DNA from: Vicugna vicugna
Lineage: Eukaryota
Length of the DNA: 48,584 nt
Direction: 5' to 3'
NCBI GenBank assembly: GCA_013265495.1
Contig: MU058259.1
Span: 390,437 to 439,020 of the forward strand
Shown: positions 1 to 13,020 of the stretch, piece after piece
How positions within the stretch are numbered: position 1 is the first letter of the stretch
How the letters are laid out: each line of letters opens with the position of its first letter
Notes under the pieces: generated by a model
Database searches by the model: none
Told to the model about the DNA's origin: nothing
What the model saw: only the letters and a program-made list of their open reading frames with translations
Position numbers and translations under genes: made by a program

Positions 1-9
1 ACAATTGCT

Positions 10-413
10 TCTTAGTCTCCCAAACCTGTTTTGTTCATCTTCCCAGGCATTCAACTGGACTACATTTCCCAACTTCCCCTGCAGTTTTATGTGGCCATTT
101 GGCTAAGTTCTGACCAATAGAATGCGAGTGGAAATGATGTGCGCACCTCTAGTCCAATCATAAAAGCTTTCCAGGTTTTCCTACATGCCCTTGTCTCATC
201 CACTGGCTGTCTGGCATAGAGCAAAGTCCCAGGGTAACCTTGGAAGAGGGCAGAGCCTCCTCTGCCTGGCAAGGATCATTGTATGACCAGAAGTGCCTGA
301 CCTGGAGCCCCCACCCTAGACTGTTATGTAAACAAAAAATAAGCTTCCATTAGTGAGCCATCGCAAGTAGGGAGCAATTTATTAAGCAGCCTATCCTACC
401 TTAACTAAGTCAT
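10..413 (+). mobile_element. MaLR solo LTR, MLT1-like (MLT1I/J type)
   Basis: Contains actacatttcccaac...gtggccatttggctaagttctgaccaatagaatg and a 3' end of aaataagctt...ccttaactaa, typical of MLT1. Confidence 0.7.
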
Positions 414-459
414 ATTCTTTGGATGTTAAAAAAAAAAAAGGAGTAGCCAACAGTTTTCA

Positions 460-770
460 AAGGCTTTTTATTTGCCAGGAATTGTTTATGTTAATAATAA
501 TCCTTTTAGCAGCCCTGCCAAATTAACTTCATTTTACAGCTATAGGTACAACTCCAAGAGGGAAGAGGGTGAGAATTTTGTCCCCTTTGTTGATGGTCCC
601 CAGAGCTGGCACAGAGGGTAGCATTGAGTGGGCTATCAATGAGGCTTGTTGATGATGGAGGAAAAGAAGGCTCAACGAGGTGAAGTCACATGCCCAGGGC
701 CCACAGCTGGAAAATGTTGGACCCACTGTTTAACCCTGGTCTGCCTGGTTTCAAGGTCCAGCTACCTCTG
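460..770 (-). mobile_element. MIR SINE fragments
   Basis: ttcattttacag and gaaggctcaacgaggtgaagtcacatgcccagggcccacagctgg match the MIR core in antisense. Confidence 0.6.
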
Positions 771-849
771 AGTATGTCACCAAAGACTTCAAAAAGAATG
801 GATGAGGAGCCAGTGATGAGCCCTTAGAAAAAAGATTTTAGTCTGTCAA

Positions 850-1250
850 CTTGTACTTTTGATTGGAAAAAGTAACACATGTTAAAAAGTGAAAACATAG
901 ACATCTAAAACAAAGAACAGAACCACACTCTGTAATCTTACCAGAGAAAACTGGTACAATCTTGGTTTCATTCTTTCAGTTCTTAACGTATATGCCTATT
1001 CAACAAAAATTAGTTCACTTTGTGTATAGAAAGTCTAGATTCTCTCCTACCACGTGACCTTTTCACTTATTTTCCCCTTAAATAATTTCCTTGGACATTA
1101 TTTCCATGTCAAGACATACCAATCTGTGTCATAGTTTACAACGACTGGTAATAGTCTGTGATAGTTAACCAGTTCCCTCTTGGTTATCATTTAGGTTGTT
1201 TCAGTCTTTATAATACATAGGAGCTATGATCAACATGCTTGTGCATATCT
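850..1250 (-). mobile_element. Old L1 (L1ME-like) 3' fragment
   Basis: ttaaccagttccctcttggttatcatttaggttgtttcagtc...aacatgcttgtgcatatctct. Confidence 0.6.
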
Positions 1251-2015
1251 CTGGGGTGGGATGAATAGAGTTGTGAGTACACCCACGGGCATGTCTCATT
1301 CTCCTCCATGTATGGAAACCTATCACTGCAGAAGGTCCAGATGGTCAACAGATACTGAAATGGACTCAATGGGTTTAGTTCTTCAAGTGAAGGTAACAAA
1401 GAACAGTGGAAGAAAGGGTTTGTAGAGTCTCAGAGTGTCACAGATATGCACCAAGCCTGAGGCAAAGATTAGCAGTGAGGAGGCACTGGCATCCCAACTA
1501 GAGGAGGTGGCACCTTCTGGCTGTTGTTGGCTGGTTTCTCTGCCTCCTTCTGGCAACAAGGTCAGCGTTGTCTGCAAGGCCAGGGCTGACCTGGGCCCCA
1601 GGGAAGACACCGTCTAGCACTAAGAAGTAAAGCAAGGCTTCCTTTCAAGGGATGGGGTGGTGGCCAGTAGGCCAGAGAGAGACGGGGGAGGAGGGTGTAT
1701 AGCCGTCGCTGCAAGGTTCCTGCTGGGGCTGAAACTGAAGGTTGCAGGACACTCACTCCTCAGGACCAGACGTAAACCTGATGTGCCTGGACAGCTTTCG
1801 GAGAGAGAAGGCCGCTCTGGGCAGATGTCTTTGTCTGTGGACACAGCTGTGTGCGCACTGAGACGTCCCTGTCCATGAGGGATGTTCCCAGAACGGTGAT
1901 GCTGATGATAATGATGATGACAGTGGCCTTGATTGGCAGCAGGAGAAGGGAGATGATTACCCAGACAGCCCTGGAGTGCTAAGAGCTGAACCTGTGAGAA
2001 GGGCTGCCTCCCCTC

Positions 2016-2062
2016 TGTATATGTGTGTGTGTGTGTGTAATCCCGTGTGGTATGAGCATCTG

Positions 2063-2105
<43 letters not shown>

Positions 2106-2300
2106 ATCCCGTGTGATTTGAGCACCTGCTGTGTGTGTGGCAGGGGGTCTGTGCAGCGTGATGTGGTTGTGTATGTGAGTATGATGTGTATGTGTGATGT
2201 GTAGTGAATGTGTGATGTGTGCAGTGCTCTGGGTGTGTGTGATTGTGTGGGGTATGTGGGGGGTCCCAGTGGTCGTGTGGGAGTGTGCTGTGTCCACATA
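2016..2300. repeat. (TG)n microsatellites and degenerate GT-rich tract
   Basis: Perfect TG runs at about 2022-2038 and 2066-2102, then degenerate TG sequence. Confidence 0.95.
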
Positions 2301-2589
2301 TTTGAGGGGCGCCAATTAAGTCCCCTGAGGCATTTGTGTGGCCTGCCAAAGGCTCCACGCTGCTCACTTTGAGTTTTTCCTCCTGTCTTCCCTGTTTCCT
2401 GTGACAAAAATGGCAGCTCCACCCAGGAGAACCTTCTTCATATCCTTCTCTCCCTCAGGAGGCCAAGTTCTAGGGAAGCACTTAAGTTTCCACCGGTCAT
2501 CACATTACCTGACAGAGTTCGAGAGAGGGAGGCAGTGTTCTCTAGAGCTGCCTTATTTTATTCTTTTTTTACTTACTGTTCTGTTTTAC

Positions 2590-3030
2590 TATTTCATTGA
2601 GGTACATATAACACATGCAGTGAAGCACGTGGAGTGCACTAATCTACTGTGCACACCTGTGTAGCCACCCCTCAGATCAAAACAGGACCCATTTCCAGCC
2701 CCTCATAAACCCCCCTTGAGCCCTTTCCCAGTCAGTATCCCCCAAAAGGCAGCCAAGATTCTGACTTCTGTCTCCACAGATTTGTTTGGTCTGTTCTAGA
2801 ATTTCCTGTCAGCGGCCCCACGCACAGTGCTTTTGAGACCCGGCTGCATCGCCGTGTGTGTCAGCATTTGCATCTTCTTACTGCCTTGTCAGTTCTCATT
2901 GTATGGATGTATCACAGTTTGTTTATCCGTTCTCCTGCTGACAGACAGCTGGGTGGTTTCCAGTTTGGGGCTATTGCAAATAAAGCTGCTCTGAACATTC
3001 TTGAACATGTCTTTTGGTGGTCGTATGTAG
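2590..3030 (-). mobile_element. L1M (L1MC/ME-like) 3' end
   Basis: gtatggatgtatcacagtttgtttatccgttctcctgctgacagacagctgggtggtttccagtttggggctattgcaaataaagctgct. Confidence 0.85.
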
Positions 3031-3212
3031 AGCCATCTTAATGTCGCCTGTGATAGCATTTGACAAAGATAGAGCTTGCAAAAATCAAACAACAACGAGA
3101 CCCCCAACTTACCGCAGCAGGATTCCCAGGAAGAATGAAGCAGTTGACTTACCCACATTGGGCCGGCCTCGACTCTGCCTCCTTCGCTGGCTTTGGGCGA
3201 AGAGAGTGTGAC

Positions 3213-3260
3213 GTGTGGGAGAGTGGCAGGCTGTCTGTGTGGGAGAGTGGCAGGCTGTCT
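3213..3260. repeat. Perfect 24-bp tandem duplication
   Basis: (gtgtgggagagtggcaggctgtct)x2. Confidence 0.95.
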
Positions 3261-6200
3261 GCAGCTCAGGCTGCTGCGAAACAGGCATCACCTCTGAGGA
3301 CTGCAGTTTTTTTGGAGCCAGGTTTCCCAGTGTACAAGTTCCTGCTTAGGTGTCAGCTGGGGTCTTTGAAAGGGCCATTGGCTGCTGCAGGTTCTGTGGG
3401 CTGTGATTTGTGACTTGAAAATCTCCAGCGCCAAGATTTTCCCACTGGGAGCCCTATAAGGCTGGGTCCAGACAACTTCAAAAGATGCTCAACTTAACTG
3501 TAAGGGAGCTGGGGCCTTGGGAAAAGCTGGCCTGCCGCTGGACCCTGGGCCTCCAGGAGGGATTTTGGGGAGTGAAGAAAGGAACAAAGAGGCCTGCACC
3601 TGTGGCCTTTTCCGACTTCCTGGTGTCTGCAGCACCTAAACTCTGGCCCCGCTCTCTAGCAGGAGCTCTGGGACGACCCCTGTGTCCCTGGCATTCCTTC
3701 CACCTGCCTGTGTGCTCCCCACCACCCTGTCTCCCCATGGCTCTCCGTGGCCGACTTCATGCCAGCCCTGGAGTATGCTTGGCCCAGACACAGGGCCAGC
3801 AAGAGGCACTGGAGTTACAACTGGAACCAGCGCTGCACTGGAAATGGGAGGCAGTCCCCGCAGCTTCGCCATCTCAGCAGATCCAGCTCTGAGGTTAACT
3901 CCCAGAGGGACTGAGCCCCGCTGCCCGCAGCAGGACCTCATCACAGAGCCTGAGACCAGCTGCCTGCCCGTTCCCACTCCCCCAACCCCACTCTGGAGCT
4001 GCCTGGGCCCCCTCCCACATCATCCCAGCACTGAGGGATCCCAAGCGAAGCCATGCTTCTCCCCAAACTAAAACACTCTCTGGCACATAGATTCATTTTG
4101 TCTGGGAATTTTGCGAATTCTATGGTGCCTTTTGACCACCCACTCTGGGGTTCAGCCAAGCCAGCGCCAGTGCACCTTGCTGTGGAGAAGTTTGAGATCA
4201 GTGGCTGACCCAGGGGAGAGCAGTAATAAATCGTATTTCACTTTCGAGCTGCAATGAAGACAGCCAGCCTTCATCCCATTGCTCCCTGTCAGTGTCGCTC
4301 TCCATACTGTGCTCAATGGATGTGACACTAGAAAGTTGTGGTTAAATGAAATCATTTAAGACACCCACAAGGGACATGGAGAAGGTGGGGGTGGAGGGAG
4401 CAGCATGGGGGGTGGGCATTGCAATTTCAGAAGATTCCATGCCATTCTGTAGCCCCAAGAAAAATGGCTTATTATTAAATACAGAACGAGAAAGAAACAA
4501 CAGAAATTATATCTCTTCCATGATAGGTCATTTCTTTAAAAAAATAAAACAATAAAATCGAATAGTTTCAATTTGTTGAGGGCATAAGACTCCCGAATAA
4601 ATTTTTCCTTTTGTCTTTGATTTTCCAAAACGCAGTTATAATGCAGGTATGAACATTTGAAAAGAATTCTAAGTTGAATCATTAGGGAGAGAAAAATCAT
4701 AATGTGCAAGGCAGTTTGTCCAGTTTCTTTCTAATCTTTTCTTGGAGAGATATTTTTCCACATAACCAAAGGAAGGAAACGGAGGAGGAAGGTGGGGTTT
4801 GGGGCAGAGAGCTATTATTAGATAGAACATTTGATGATTTGAGTTTTGAGTTTGCAGTTCTAGAAGGATAAACATACGGATCCATGTCTGTGGGACTGGG
4901 GCAATCGGAGGCCTCCTGCGTTGAGGGAGGGCAGGATGTCACACTGCAGATACAGATAATAGTTCATCTATGTGGAGGGTGCAGTTGGAGCAGCAGGGCT
5001 GTGTTGGGGGGCATTTGAGGGCACAGATAAACTCACCTTACAGGGATTGAGATGGTAGAGGGGACTGGTGGGTTCTGGGTTCTGAAAGTCTCCCTTTGGC
5101 TTGGTTCTCATCACTGCCCTGGCACATTTAGAAGCACACAAGCCGTTTCAGCTACATTCTGTTAACCTTCCCCCAGGGCTGTATTTGCCTGTGTTGAGCC
5201 GGCACAACACTGCACACATTTTCTAAACGTTTTTTGCTGTTTCACTGATTGTGGAATTAGAAGCCTACTCTGTCTGGTAAAAGTAGGTCAGGGAAGTTCC
5301 TGACTTCGCCATGCTGCTAATAGATTTCTGAATGGCAGTATCAGGGTGCCTGGATGTGACATTAGAGCAGAACAATGGTGATCACTCACTGATGATTTGA
5401 GCGTGAGTCATTCTTTTCTCCAACAGGAGCACGTGTGGGCACTGTCTTGTGGATTGCAGGTGCTGTGGAGAAGTGAGCCAGCACCGGACTGTTCATTTAG
5501 AAGCAAAGAAGGGCCATAGCTCTCCACATCTCCTCTTCTGGTGGCTCTCTGCCATTTCCCTGTCCCATCGCCCCTCCCTCCTCTCCTATAAGCTCTCATG
5601 GCTTGGCCATCTCACCTCTTCTTCAGAGCTTCCTTCTTTTTTGTCTTCATGCTTTCTTCTCTTTCCACATTATTGCAGCTTTAGGATACCATTGGCCACA
5701 CAGAACCCATAGAAAATGACACTGCATAGCCTTATGATAAAATAGTTAAGCCATTGGGTTGCCCTCGGGAAAAAAGTAAATTGAATCAAATTATTAAGAC
5801 CCAGACATTGTCAAATTCACCATCTGGGCATTTCTACTGTCAGGTCATTATTTAGGTATGGTGTGCTGTGTCTCTCTTGCTCGCGCTCTCTCTTTTTTTT
5901 TTGTAATTTTTAATATGAGCAATTTTTGTTTAAACCACTTCTTTCTTCTAGCTCCAGACAATGGCAATCATAATCGTGTCTGACCAAAACATATTGCTTG
6001 TGTGTGTTTATGTTTAATTTGAAAAATGAGAACAGTGATTTCTTTGAAGGCTCATACTCACCCAGAGCTACCATGCCATTGGTTGCTTTAGAACCCAGAA
6101 TTTCCTAGAGGAGAGAGAATAAATCAACATAAAATGGTGTAATAAATCCTCTTAAATAACAACCAGGTAGTAAATTAACATATACACGACCTTTGAAATG

Positions 6201-6589
6201 ATCATGTACAGGGAAGTCAAATCCACCAAACAGCTGGCTGGATGCCTGCCCTTGACTAATAGGCTGAGAGATACAGCTGCTGGAAAGATATTGGAGAATG
6301 AGTCCTAAATGCAGAAAGCTGTCTTTTGTTTAAAAAAATGGAAAAGATCAGATCCTTCGTTTGACAAACCCTAATTTCATTGAGATTGACATCACTGCCT
6401 TTGTCGGGCGTACATTTAACAAATGAGATTGAACAACCATGCCACTCAATTTCATCTAATTTAACTTGACAACCAAAGCAGGTAGGTAGAATGATGTACT
6501 TACAGAGGGGGTGAGAATGCTTCCTGGGTCAGTAACAGGGCTTGCTGGATCAGGCTGAAAGCGAAGAGCAGACTCTGTTGCTTTTGTGT

Positions 6590-7000
6590 TTTTGTTTTCT
6601 TAATTGATCTATAAAAAGTACAAGTCAGTTCATCTTAAAAGGTACAACTTAATAAATGTTTGCAAATGTGTACATTTACATAGCCACCATCCAAATCAAG
6701 ATATAGGACATTTCCATCCCTGCAAAAAGCTCACTTCCTAATCAGTGTAACCCCCCTCTCCTGCCGTCAAGGTAAACACTATCCTGACTTCTAACAGTTT
6801 TTGAAAAACAGTCACCTGCTTTTGAACTTCGTATAAAGTGTATCATGCAGTATGTCCTTTTGTGTCTGTTTTCTTTCACTCAATGTGAAATTCATCCATG
6901 TTGTGCATATCAGTAATTCACTTCGTTATTATTCTGTAATATTCCATTTTGTGAATGGTTTATGTATTATTGATGGACATTTGGGTCATTTCCAGTTTCC
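6590..7000 (-). mobile_element. L1M 3' end fragment
   Basis: ccaccatccaaatcaagatataggacatttcc...ttcatccatgttgtg...gatggacatttgggtcatttccagttt. Confidence 0.85.
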
Positions 7001-7761
7001 CTTTTGCCTTCAGTTTTAGCTTATTTTTCTAGATAGTCTATAGAAGGTCATCCTAGAAATAAGCAAGAATGATATGCCTGAGGGTGAATTTGTTCCAAAC
7101 TGGTATCAAAATCCACTTACCATCACATAAGCAAGTGTTCTGTCTCCTGAGTGAAAGGACCATCTTGAGTTATCTTTCTCCTAAGAATCAAGCTAGCTCC
7201 ATGTTCTCTCATCCCATCCCCCACAGAATTGTGGGTCAAGGACTGCTTCATCGCCTTGCCGACTTCAACCCTGAAATGGAAGGAGGGGAGGGGAGCAGGG
7301 CCTACGGCCAGTTATAGCAAGACAGCTTAGCCAACAGATGGGAGGGTGGGTCTTGGGGTGGATTTGGAGGCAGCTAGGAAGGGAGAGGAGCAGTTTCTCA
7401 TCTGGAGTGCCTGTGTATCTGGCACCATGCCCACCTCTGGGCAGATTCAGGGATGCAGCTTAAATGTGAGCATCCTTCCTGATTTTTCTGACACCTTCCA
7501 TTCTCTGAATCTGGGCAATAAAGAACCCATTATCATCGCTCCTAAAGAAACTGACCAAGCAGCAGGGCTAGGGTAGGCATTTGTCACTGGGCAGAAACGG
7601 GGCACAAAGGACTCTCATCTTTGAAGCTACCCTCCCCCCTGCCCCGCTGCTGACGGGTAGGTAAGACAGGCAGCTGTACTTACAAGTGCAGAGGGCTGGG
7701 ACCTTCTTTCTGGGAGGGGCAGGACTGCAAGCTGGATCTCGTGGTGTGGAAACAGAGGGAG

Positions 7762-7867
7762 AGGGTAAGCCGTTTAACCATCCCAGTTTGCCTGGGACTG
7801 TCTCAGGGTGAGCACTGAAAGTCCCAAGTCCTGAAAAGCCCCTCAGTCCAGGGAGGTTGGTCACCCT
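7762..7867. mobile_element. MER94-like hAT (Blackjack) MITE
   Basis: Termini agggt...accct with internal ccatcccagtttgcctgggactg, gcactgaaagtccc and ggttggtcaccct. Confidence 0.75.
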
Positions 7868-7889
7868 AAAAGAGGAAGACCTTTTCACT

Positions 7890-8130
7890 TACTTATCTGT
7901 GCATTCAGTTAACAAATATTACTGAACTTCTAGTACAGATCATGCCCCTGCAAGGTTTGGGGGTAGAGTGGCAATCAAGAGGGCAATCAAGAGGGCAAGT
8001 GGCAATCAAGTACTCTGCCCCCCATGCAGAGTACTTCCTCTAGAGAGGATGGTGGGATTTGAAGAAGTGATTACAATCCAGTGCAACGGATACGTGCTTT
8101 AATTGAGAAAATACTGGAGGCTATGGAAGC
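7890..8130 (-). mobile_element. L2 3' fragment with an internal ggcaatcaag micro-duplication
   Basis: cattcagttaacaaatatttactgaac matches the L2 tail; ggcaatcaag occurs three times at about 7970-8010. Confidence 0.65.
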
Positions 8131-10534
8131 AGGGGTGGGGGGAGGGTGGGGGCGGGGGCAAAAATCCACTATAGATTCTTTATCTCCTTAGCAGATCCAC
8201 AAAGTTCTAGAGCTGCTCAGAAAAACAATTTACAGCAAACTCTATGCATTCAAAATGGCCATGGTACAAAGAGGGTGGGGGTGAGGGTGATAAGGAAGTA
8301 GACAGATTTAGGTCTGTGAAGTAACCCTCCGTGCTGCTCAGACCCCCGGGCGTGCCTCCCTACATTTCTTCTCCCACTCAGAGGGCACCTATTGGGTGGC
8401 GTGAGCAGGCAGTTGTGTGGTGAGGAGATCTTGGAGTTGTCTGCGCCCATGAATCCACAATGACGTGTGAGCGTGTCCTGGCAAACTTTCTGCATCTTTT
8501 CAGGTCGTGTTGATAAAATGTGGTGGCGGGTGCAAGGATGATGTACTAGGGTTAATAATGTAGTGTGTTTGTAAACAGGGCTCTAGGAGTGAAAAGTTAG
8601 TGCCAGAACAGAACAGCATGTACTTTTAAGTATCTAAAACTAATAGACATGTGGTCTTGCCTAAGAGGCCCAGTTATTGTTGGTTAAAAAAATTTTTAGT
8701 GCTTTAGAAATATATGGCAACTGTTGTAAGATCTGCGGGGCTAGCCTGGTGCAGGTTCATCCATTCATTCATCCATCACATAGATATCTATTGATATATA
8801 TGCCCCTGAGTATTTTACCTTCTACCCAGCTATCACATGGAGCCAACAAAACAAAACAAATCACCCCAGACTAAAGCCCTTTTCTCCATGAGAAGGTCCA
8901 AATGTTTAGTCCAGTATCAAAGACGCTGCCAAGCAGGATGGATCTTGAATTTTAGAGTCTCTTTCTTCTATTTCTTAGCCTAGAGAGTGTCAGCGGTGTT
9001 TCTGTAAGGTGTGTCCTTCTATTGGTGTCTGTAGAAAAGGCAAGGATGGGAAGGGTATTTTCTCGAGGGGGGTTTTCATCAGGTGTTAGAAACTGCACAG
9101 ACCCATTGGGCAAGGGTTTTTTCTTTGTTTTTGTTTGTTTTGCTTCTTTCCCTACCTTTGCCACTGTGTAATTAAAACTGAAATCCTTCCAAACGAATCT
9201 TTTTCTATCACACAAGTATCAGGGCACTGCCCACTTGCTCTGAGTAGGGACCCTTTGAGGATTCCCAATTATCATGCATCCCTTTCCAGTCGAGCTGTGG
9301 CAGGTTAAGGAGGGACCATGATGCCCTCCCCTAGATGACCTCTGAGCTTTCCTTCAAAAGGAAGCAATAATGGAGACTTAGCCACGAGGAACAAAGTGCC
9401 TCTTCCCTGTACAGTTTGATGATGCCTTCCTTTGTAGTTACTTAAGCACGCTTGTCCTGATTTATGATTTTTTGCCATCTGGTTTATTTCTCTTGTTGTT
9501 TTGCGTTGTCTTAAATATGCCTGAGGCCATCTTCAAGTCTTTTCTTTAAAAAATACAAATTGAAAAAGCAAATCATAGGAGTGTCATTTGAAGGTTAGGG
9601 ATGAAAGAAACGTTTAAATAGGACTTGGATCTTCCCTGTGAAGTTCAGTAGCTAAAAATAAAGTTCTTTTTACTTTGTTGATTACGTAAGAGAACACATT
9701 CTCAGATGTGAACGCTGTGGAATGTCTCGGGTGTTCAGAGAACTCTTGTTTGGGTTTTCTTAAACGGACGTGCAAGAGCTCTACCAAACAGTTGAAGTCA
9801 TTCAGTTAGTGATTGAGCGCCTGTGGGGTGCGAGCCACTGTTGGGGGTCACTTTGTGATGCTAATGAGTTTTCACCAGAGGAAGAACTTGCTTTTCTCTC
9901 GGTCTAACCTCTGTGCTCATTCTAGTCAGCCAGGTTAGTCTTTCTAAAGAAAACCTTGTGTGAGAAGGGAATGGGGAGGTAGTCCTTTTGTAAGAGGAAA
10001 GGGTGGAGTTAGGTGGGGGCAGTCTTTATTTTTAAAAGAGACTGTATTCTGGGTGCTGTGTGCTGTGTTCTGAGCAGCCATGAAATATCAGTGACCTGGA
10101 TAACTATGTTTAAACCATGTTCTTATTAAAACCAGCAGTCCTGGCTTTCCCGGACAAAGAAATTCTGAAACAATTTTGGAAATACATTCACAAGAGTGGA
10201 ATTCATAAATGGAACTGAACAGCCATCAGCTGCACTGTTTAGACATAAAGTTGGATGAGCAAAGGGGGAATTTTACAAGTATGGATTCAAAGCTTTTAAA
10301 TGAACTTGCTTAATTGGTAGTAGTGATGTAGAGCATCTTGCTGGAAGGAAAACAAATCTTGTATCTAAAAAGTTTCTCTTAGATGTAAAAGCAAACTCAG
10401 CTTCAAACAATGCTTGGGAAATATCTTGGTTAAGGATTTTGGAAGTGATTTAAGGATCATGGGTTAGTGCCTGGCGCTTGGTAAATTGCCCCACACAATT
10501 TAGAAACCTCATCAAGAGGCCCCTAAATCCAATC

Positions 10535-10695
10535 CGGCTGACCTTAGAATCACCTGGGGGAAGTTTGGGACCTGCACATCCCTGGACCCCATCAGATGTA
10601 TTGGGCCAGGCTCCTGGGGGTCAGACAGACAATCTGTATGCTCAGAGGGCTCTCCTGGGGATTTTGATGATTAGCCCAGTTTGAGAACTGCTGGC
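10535..10695. mobile_element. MER5-like hAT-Charlie MITE
   Basis: ttagaatcacctggggga...gattttgatg...cagtttgagaactgctg. Confidence 0.7.
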
Positions 10696-11089
10696 CTGGT
10701 CCATTCCTCTGGACAGGATCCTATCCATACCATCCCAGACAATTTTTTGCCACACAACTGGCCATGAAATAGCATCTCTGCAAATGCCATTGACTCTGGA
10801 TTATACGTTTATTCATTAGCTGAAGCCCAATTTTAAAATCCAATGAAGTATATGATTCCTTTAAATGACTTTGAATCAAGTCACATACCGTGTTTCTCAA
10901 GGTTTATTTTTGTTCGTTATTATTCTGCTGAGTGCTCAGGACATACGACTGATCTTGGGTTGGTGGGCTAGAGACAGAAATAACTTTTGGATCCCTCGGA
11001 ATCCAAAGGTTCCGGGGTGGTTAAAAGGATAAATGGTGATAGGAGAATAAAAGGATGAACACTGGTGCGCAAGCGAACAAAAATTCGAC

Positions 11090-11290
11090 AAGGCTCTACT
11101 CTTGTCCACACAGTGTGAGGCCCTCTTACAGCATCCCCCACTGACCCTCACAGTATCTTTCCAAGGATGCTGGGAACCCCACTTCACAAGTGGGAGGGGT
11201 CGAGTGATGATCCCCGGTCGCAGAGCTCAGGGGCAGAGGCAGCACTGAAGCCAGGCCTTCAAGATTTCCCCCCAACCTAGTTCCCCACTC
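11090..11290 (-). mobile_element. MIR
   Basis: ctgaccctcacagtatc...ccccacttcacaagtggga...ggtcgcagagc...gaagccaggcct. Confidence 0.55.
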
Positions 11291-11881
11291 TCTCCCACCC
11301 CAAGTCTGATCCCGAGTTTTCATCTTCTTATCAGCAATAAAGAGCATTTGAAATATTCTGGGGTTCTGCCCTGGGGTCCAGCTTGGAGATCTGGTTCAGC
11401 CCCAGCTGGCCTCATCCAGCTCCACTTGCTTCTCAAGAGACCTCTATAATCTAGTTGGAGGAACCGCACGTTCTGTCCTGATTTAGCATGTTTGAGAGCA
11501 ATCAAAGGTAGGACTGTTGGTTTCTGAATTATACATAGGCTTCCCTTCATCTCTAGAATGTAATTAAGAAAAAGGGCTCGAGGAATACCAAGTTCCAAGC
11601 CAAGCTTCTTACGAAGCTGCCAGAGGAAGCAGATATTAGCAGCCTCTGCTGTGTGCCCTGTAGCTGGGGCTGCTCTTAGCTGCTCAGCAGGCGGGAGCGG
11701 CCGTAGTGCCAGGAGGCAGCAGAGAGGCAGGCAAGCAAAGGCTCTTGCCTTCTGTCCTTCAAGTTTTGTAGAGGTGAAGCTGGAGCCAGGCTGGCATTTC
11801 TTGGGGATTCTCAGATGGGCCTTCCCTTGCTGGCCTTACCACCATTTGTATTAATTTTCTGAAAGGTGGTCTCTGGACCAC

Positions 11882-12100
11882 CAGTGCTACTCACCCTTAG
11901 AACTGTTGACTTTGGGGTCCAGATCATCTGTTGTGGGGACCATCCTGCATTGGAGGATGTTTAGCAACATCCTTGGCCTCCACCCACCAGACGCCTGAGC
12001 ATCCTCCTCTCCTAAGTTGTGACAACAAAAAATATCTCCAGCCATTGCCAAATGTCCCCTTGGCAGCAGGGACAGGATCATACCAGGTTGAGAACAGTGG
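11882..12100 (-). mobile_element. MER20 DNA transposon (hAT-Charlie)
   Basis: ggatgtttagcaacatccttggcctccacccaccag...gttgtgacaacaaaaaatatctccagccattgccaaatgtcccct...ggttgagaac. Confidence 0.9.
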
Positions 12101-12309
12101 GCCTGGACCTAGAGTAGAAATAGTAAAGGAAGGAGAGGTCTGCTGTGGGGAGAGGGAGTGCTGGGTGGAAGTGCTGGCAGGACCCCCAAAATTCCCATCT
12201 CCCCACCTACCCTCAGGTGTCTCAAGTGTGTGATTTCACCACCCAGGGTCCCCTTAAGGGGTCAGTCCCCAACTTTCCCATTTGCCCTGCCTGTCCTTGG
12301 TACACAGTG

Positions 12310-12490
12310 CTGGGGCCCTAGTTCAAATCCCAGCTCTGCCACTGAGTAGCAGGTCCCCTGTTCTTTTCATGCCACCATTTCCTCATCCATGAAGTAGTGA
12401 TAATAGTAGCACCCCCCTTGTGGGGTTGTTGGTGAGGATTGGATATTTATAAACATTTAGCAGAGAACCACCACATAAAAAGTACTTTGT
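12310..12490 (+). mobile_element. MIR
   Basis: gttcaaatcccagctctgccact...tttcctcatc...ggttgttggtgaggatt. Confidence 0.8.
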
Positions 12491-12930
12491 ATGAAAGTGT
12501 TTTGTAAAGAAAACATAAAAAATCTGGATGAAGAACCTCTGTTAAATACAGCCGCTCAACAAATGTTTCTTGGGTGCTGAGCACAGCTGCACCCCTACCT
12601 TCCAGGTGCTCGGAGCTCGGCCGTGAGCCAACAACAACTTGCGAGTGTAAGTCAGTGAGTTTGTCTGAAGTGCAGCCCTGGCCGTGCTCTCCCGCAGAGC
12701 CCAGGGAAGGCCCACCATCCGGCCTGAGCGCCCACGGGATGCTTCTCATTCATCAGAAGTGGACCCTGCTTTACCTTGCCCTCAGCTCAGCACGCTGTTT
12801 GACAGTGTCTCAGTCCTACGTAGCCTCAGCTCTAGCCACAATCAGTGCAACCCGTGATTTAAAATTTAGGGGCACCTCTGTGAGGAATTTGAGGCATTCC
12901 AGTCTTTGGGTGCACTAGTTTGGAACCCTG

Positions 12931-13020
12931 TCCTTCCTTCCTCCCTCCCTCCTTCCTTCCTTCCCTCTCTCTTCTCCTCCCTTTCTCCCTCCCTCCCTTC
13001 TTTCCTCCCTTCCTTCCTCC
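12931..13020. repeat. Pure polypyrimidine (CCTT/CCCT) tract at the L2 tail
   Basis: 90 nt of only C and T. Confidence 0.95.

Noticed and set aside
1620..2422. His/Thr-rich minus-strand ORFs (231, 136 and 147 aa)
   Set aside because: They are translations of (CA)n microsatellite and CA-rich low-complexity DNA, which lacks stops in all frames.
2856..3158. ORFs resembling 'hypothetical proteins' (also 19553-20055, 11887-12233, 38559-39294)
   Set aside because: They are translations of L1 and MER20 repeat sequence.
7968..8010. Short direct repeats (ggcaatcaag x3) as an array or CRISPR-like structure
   Set aside because: This is local slippage within an L2 fragment, with no regular spacers, in eukaryotic DNA.
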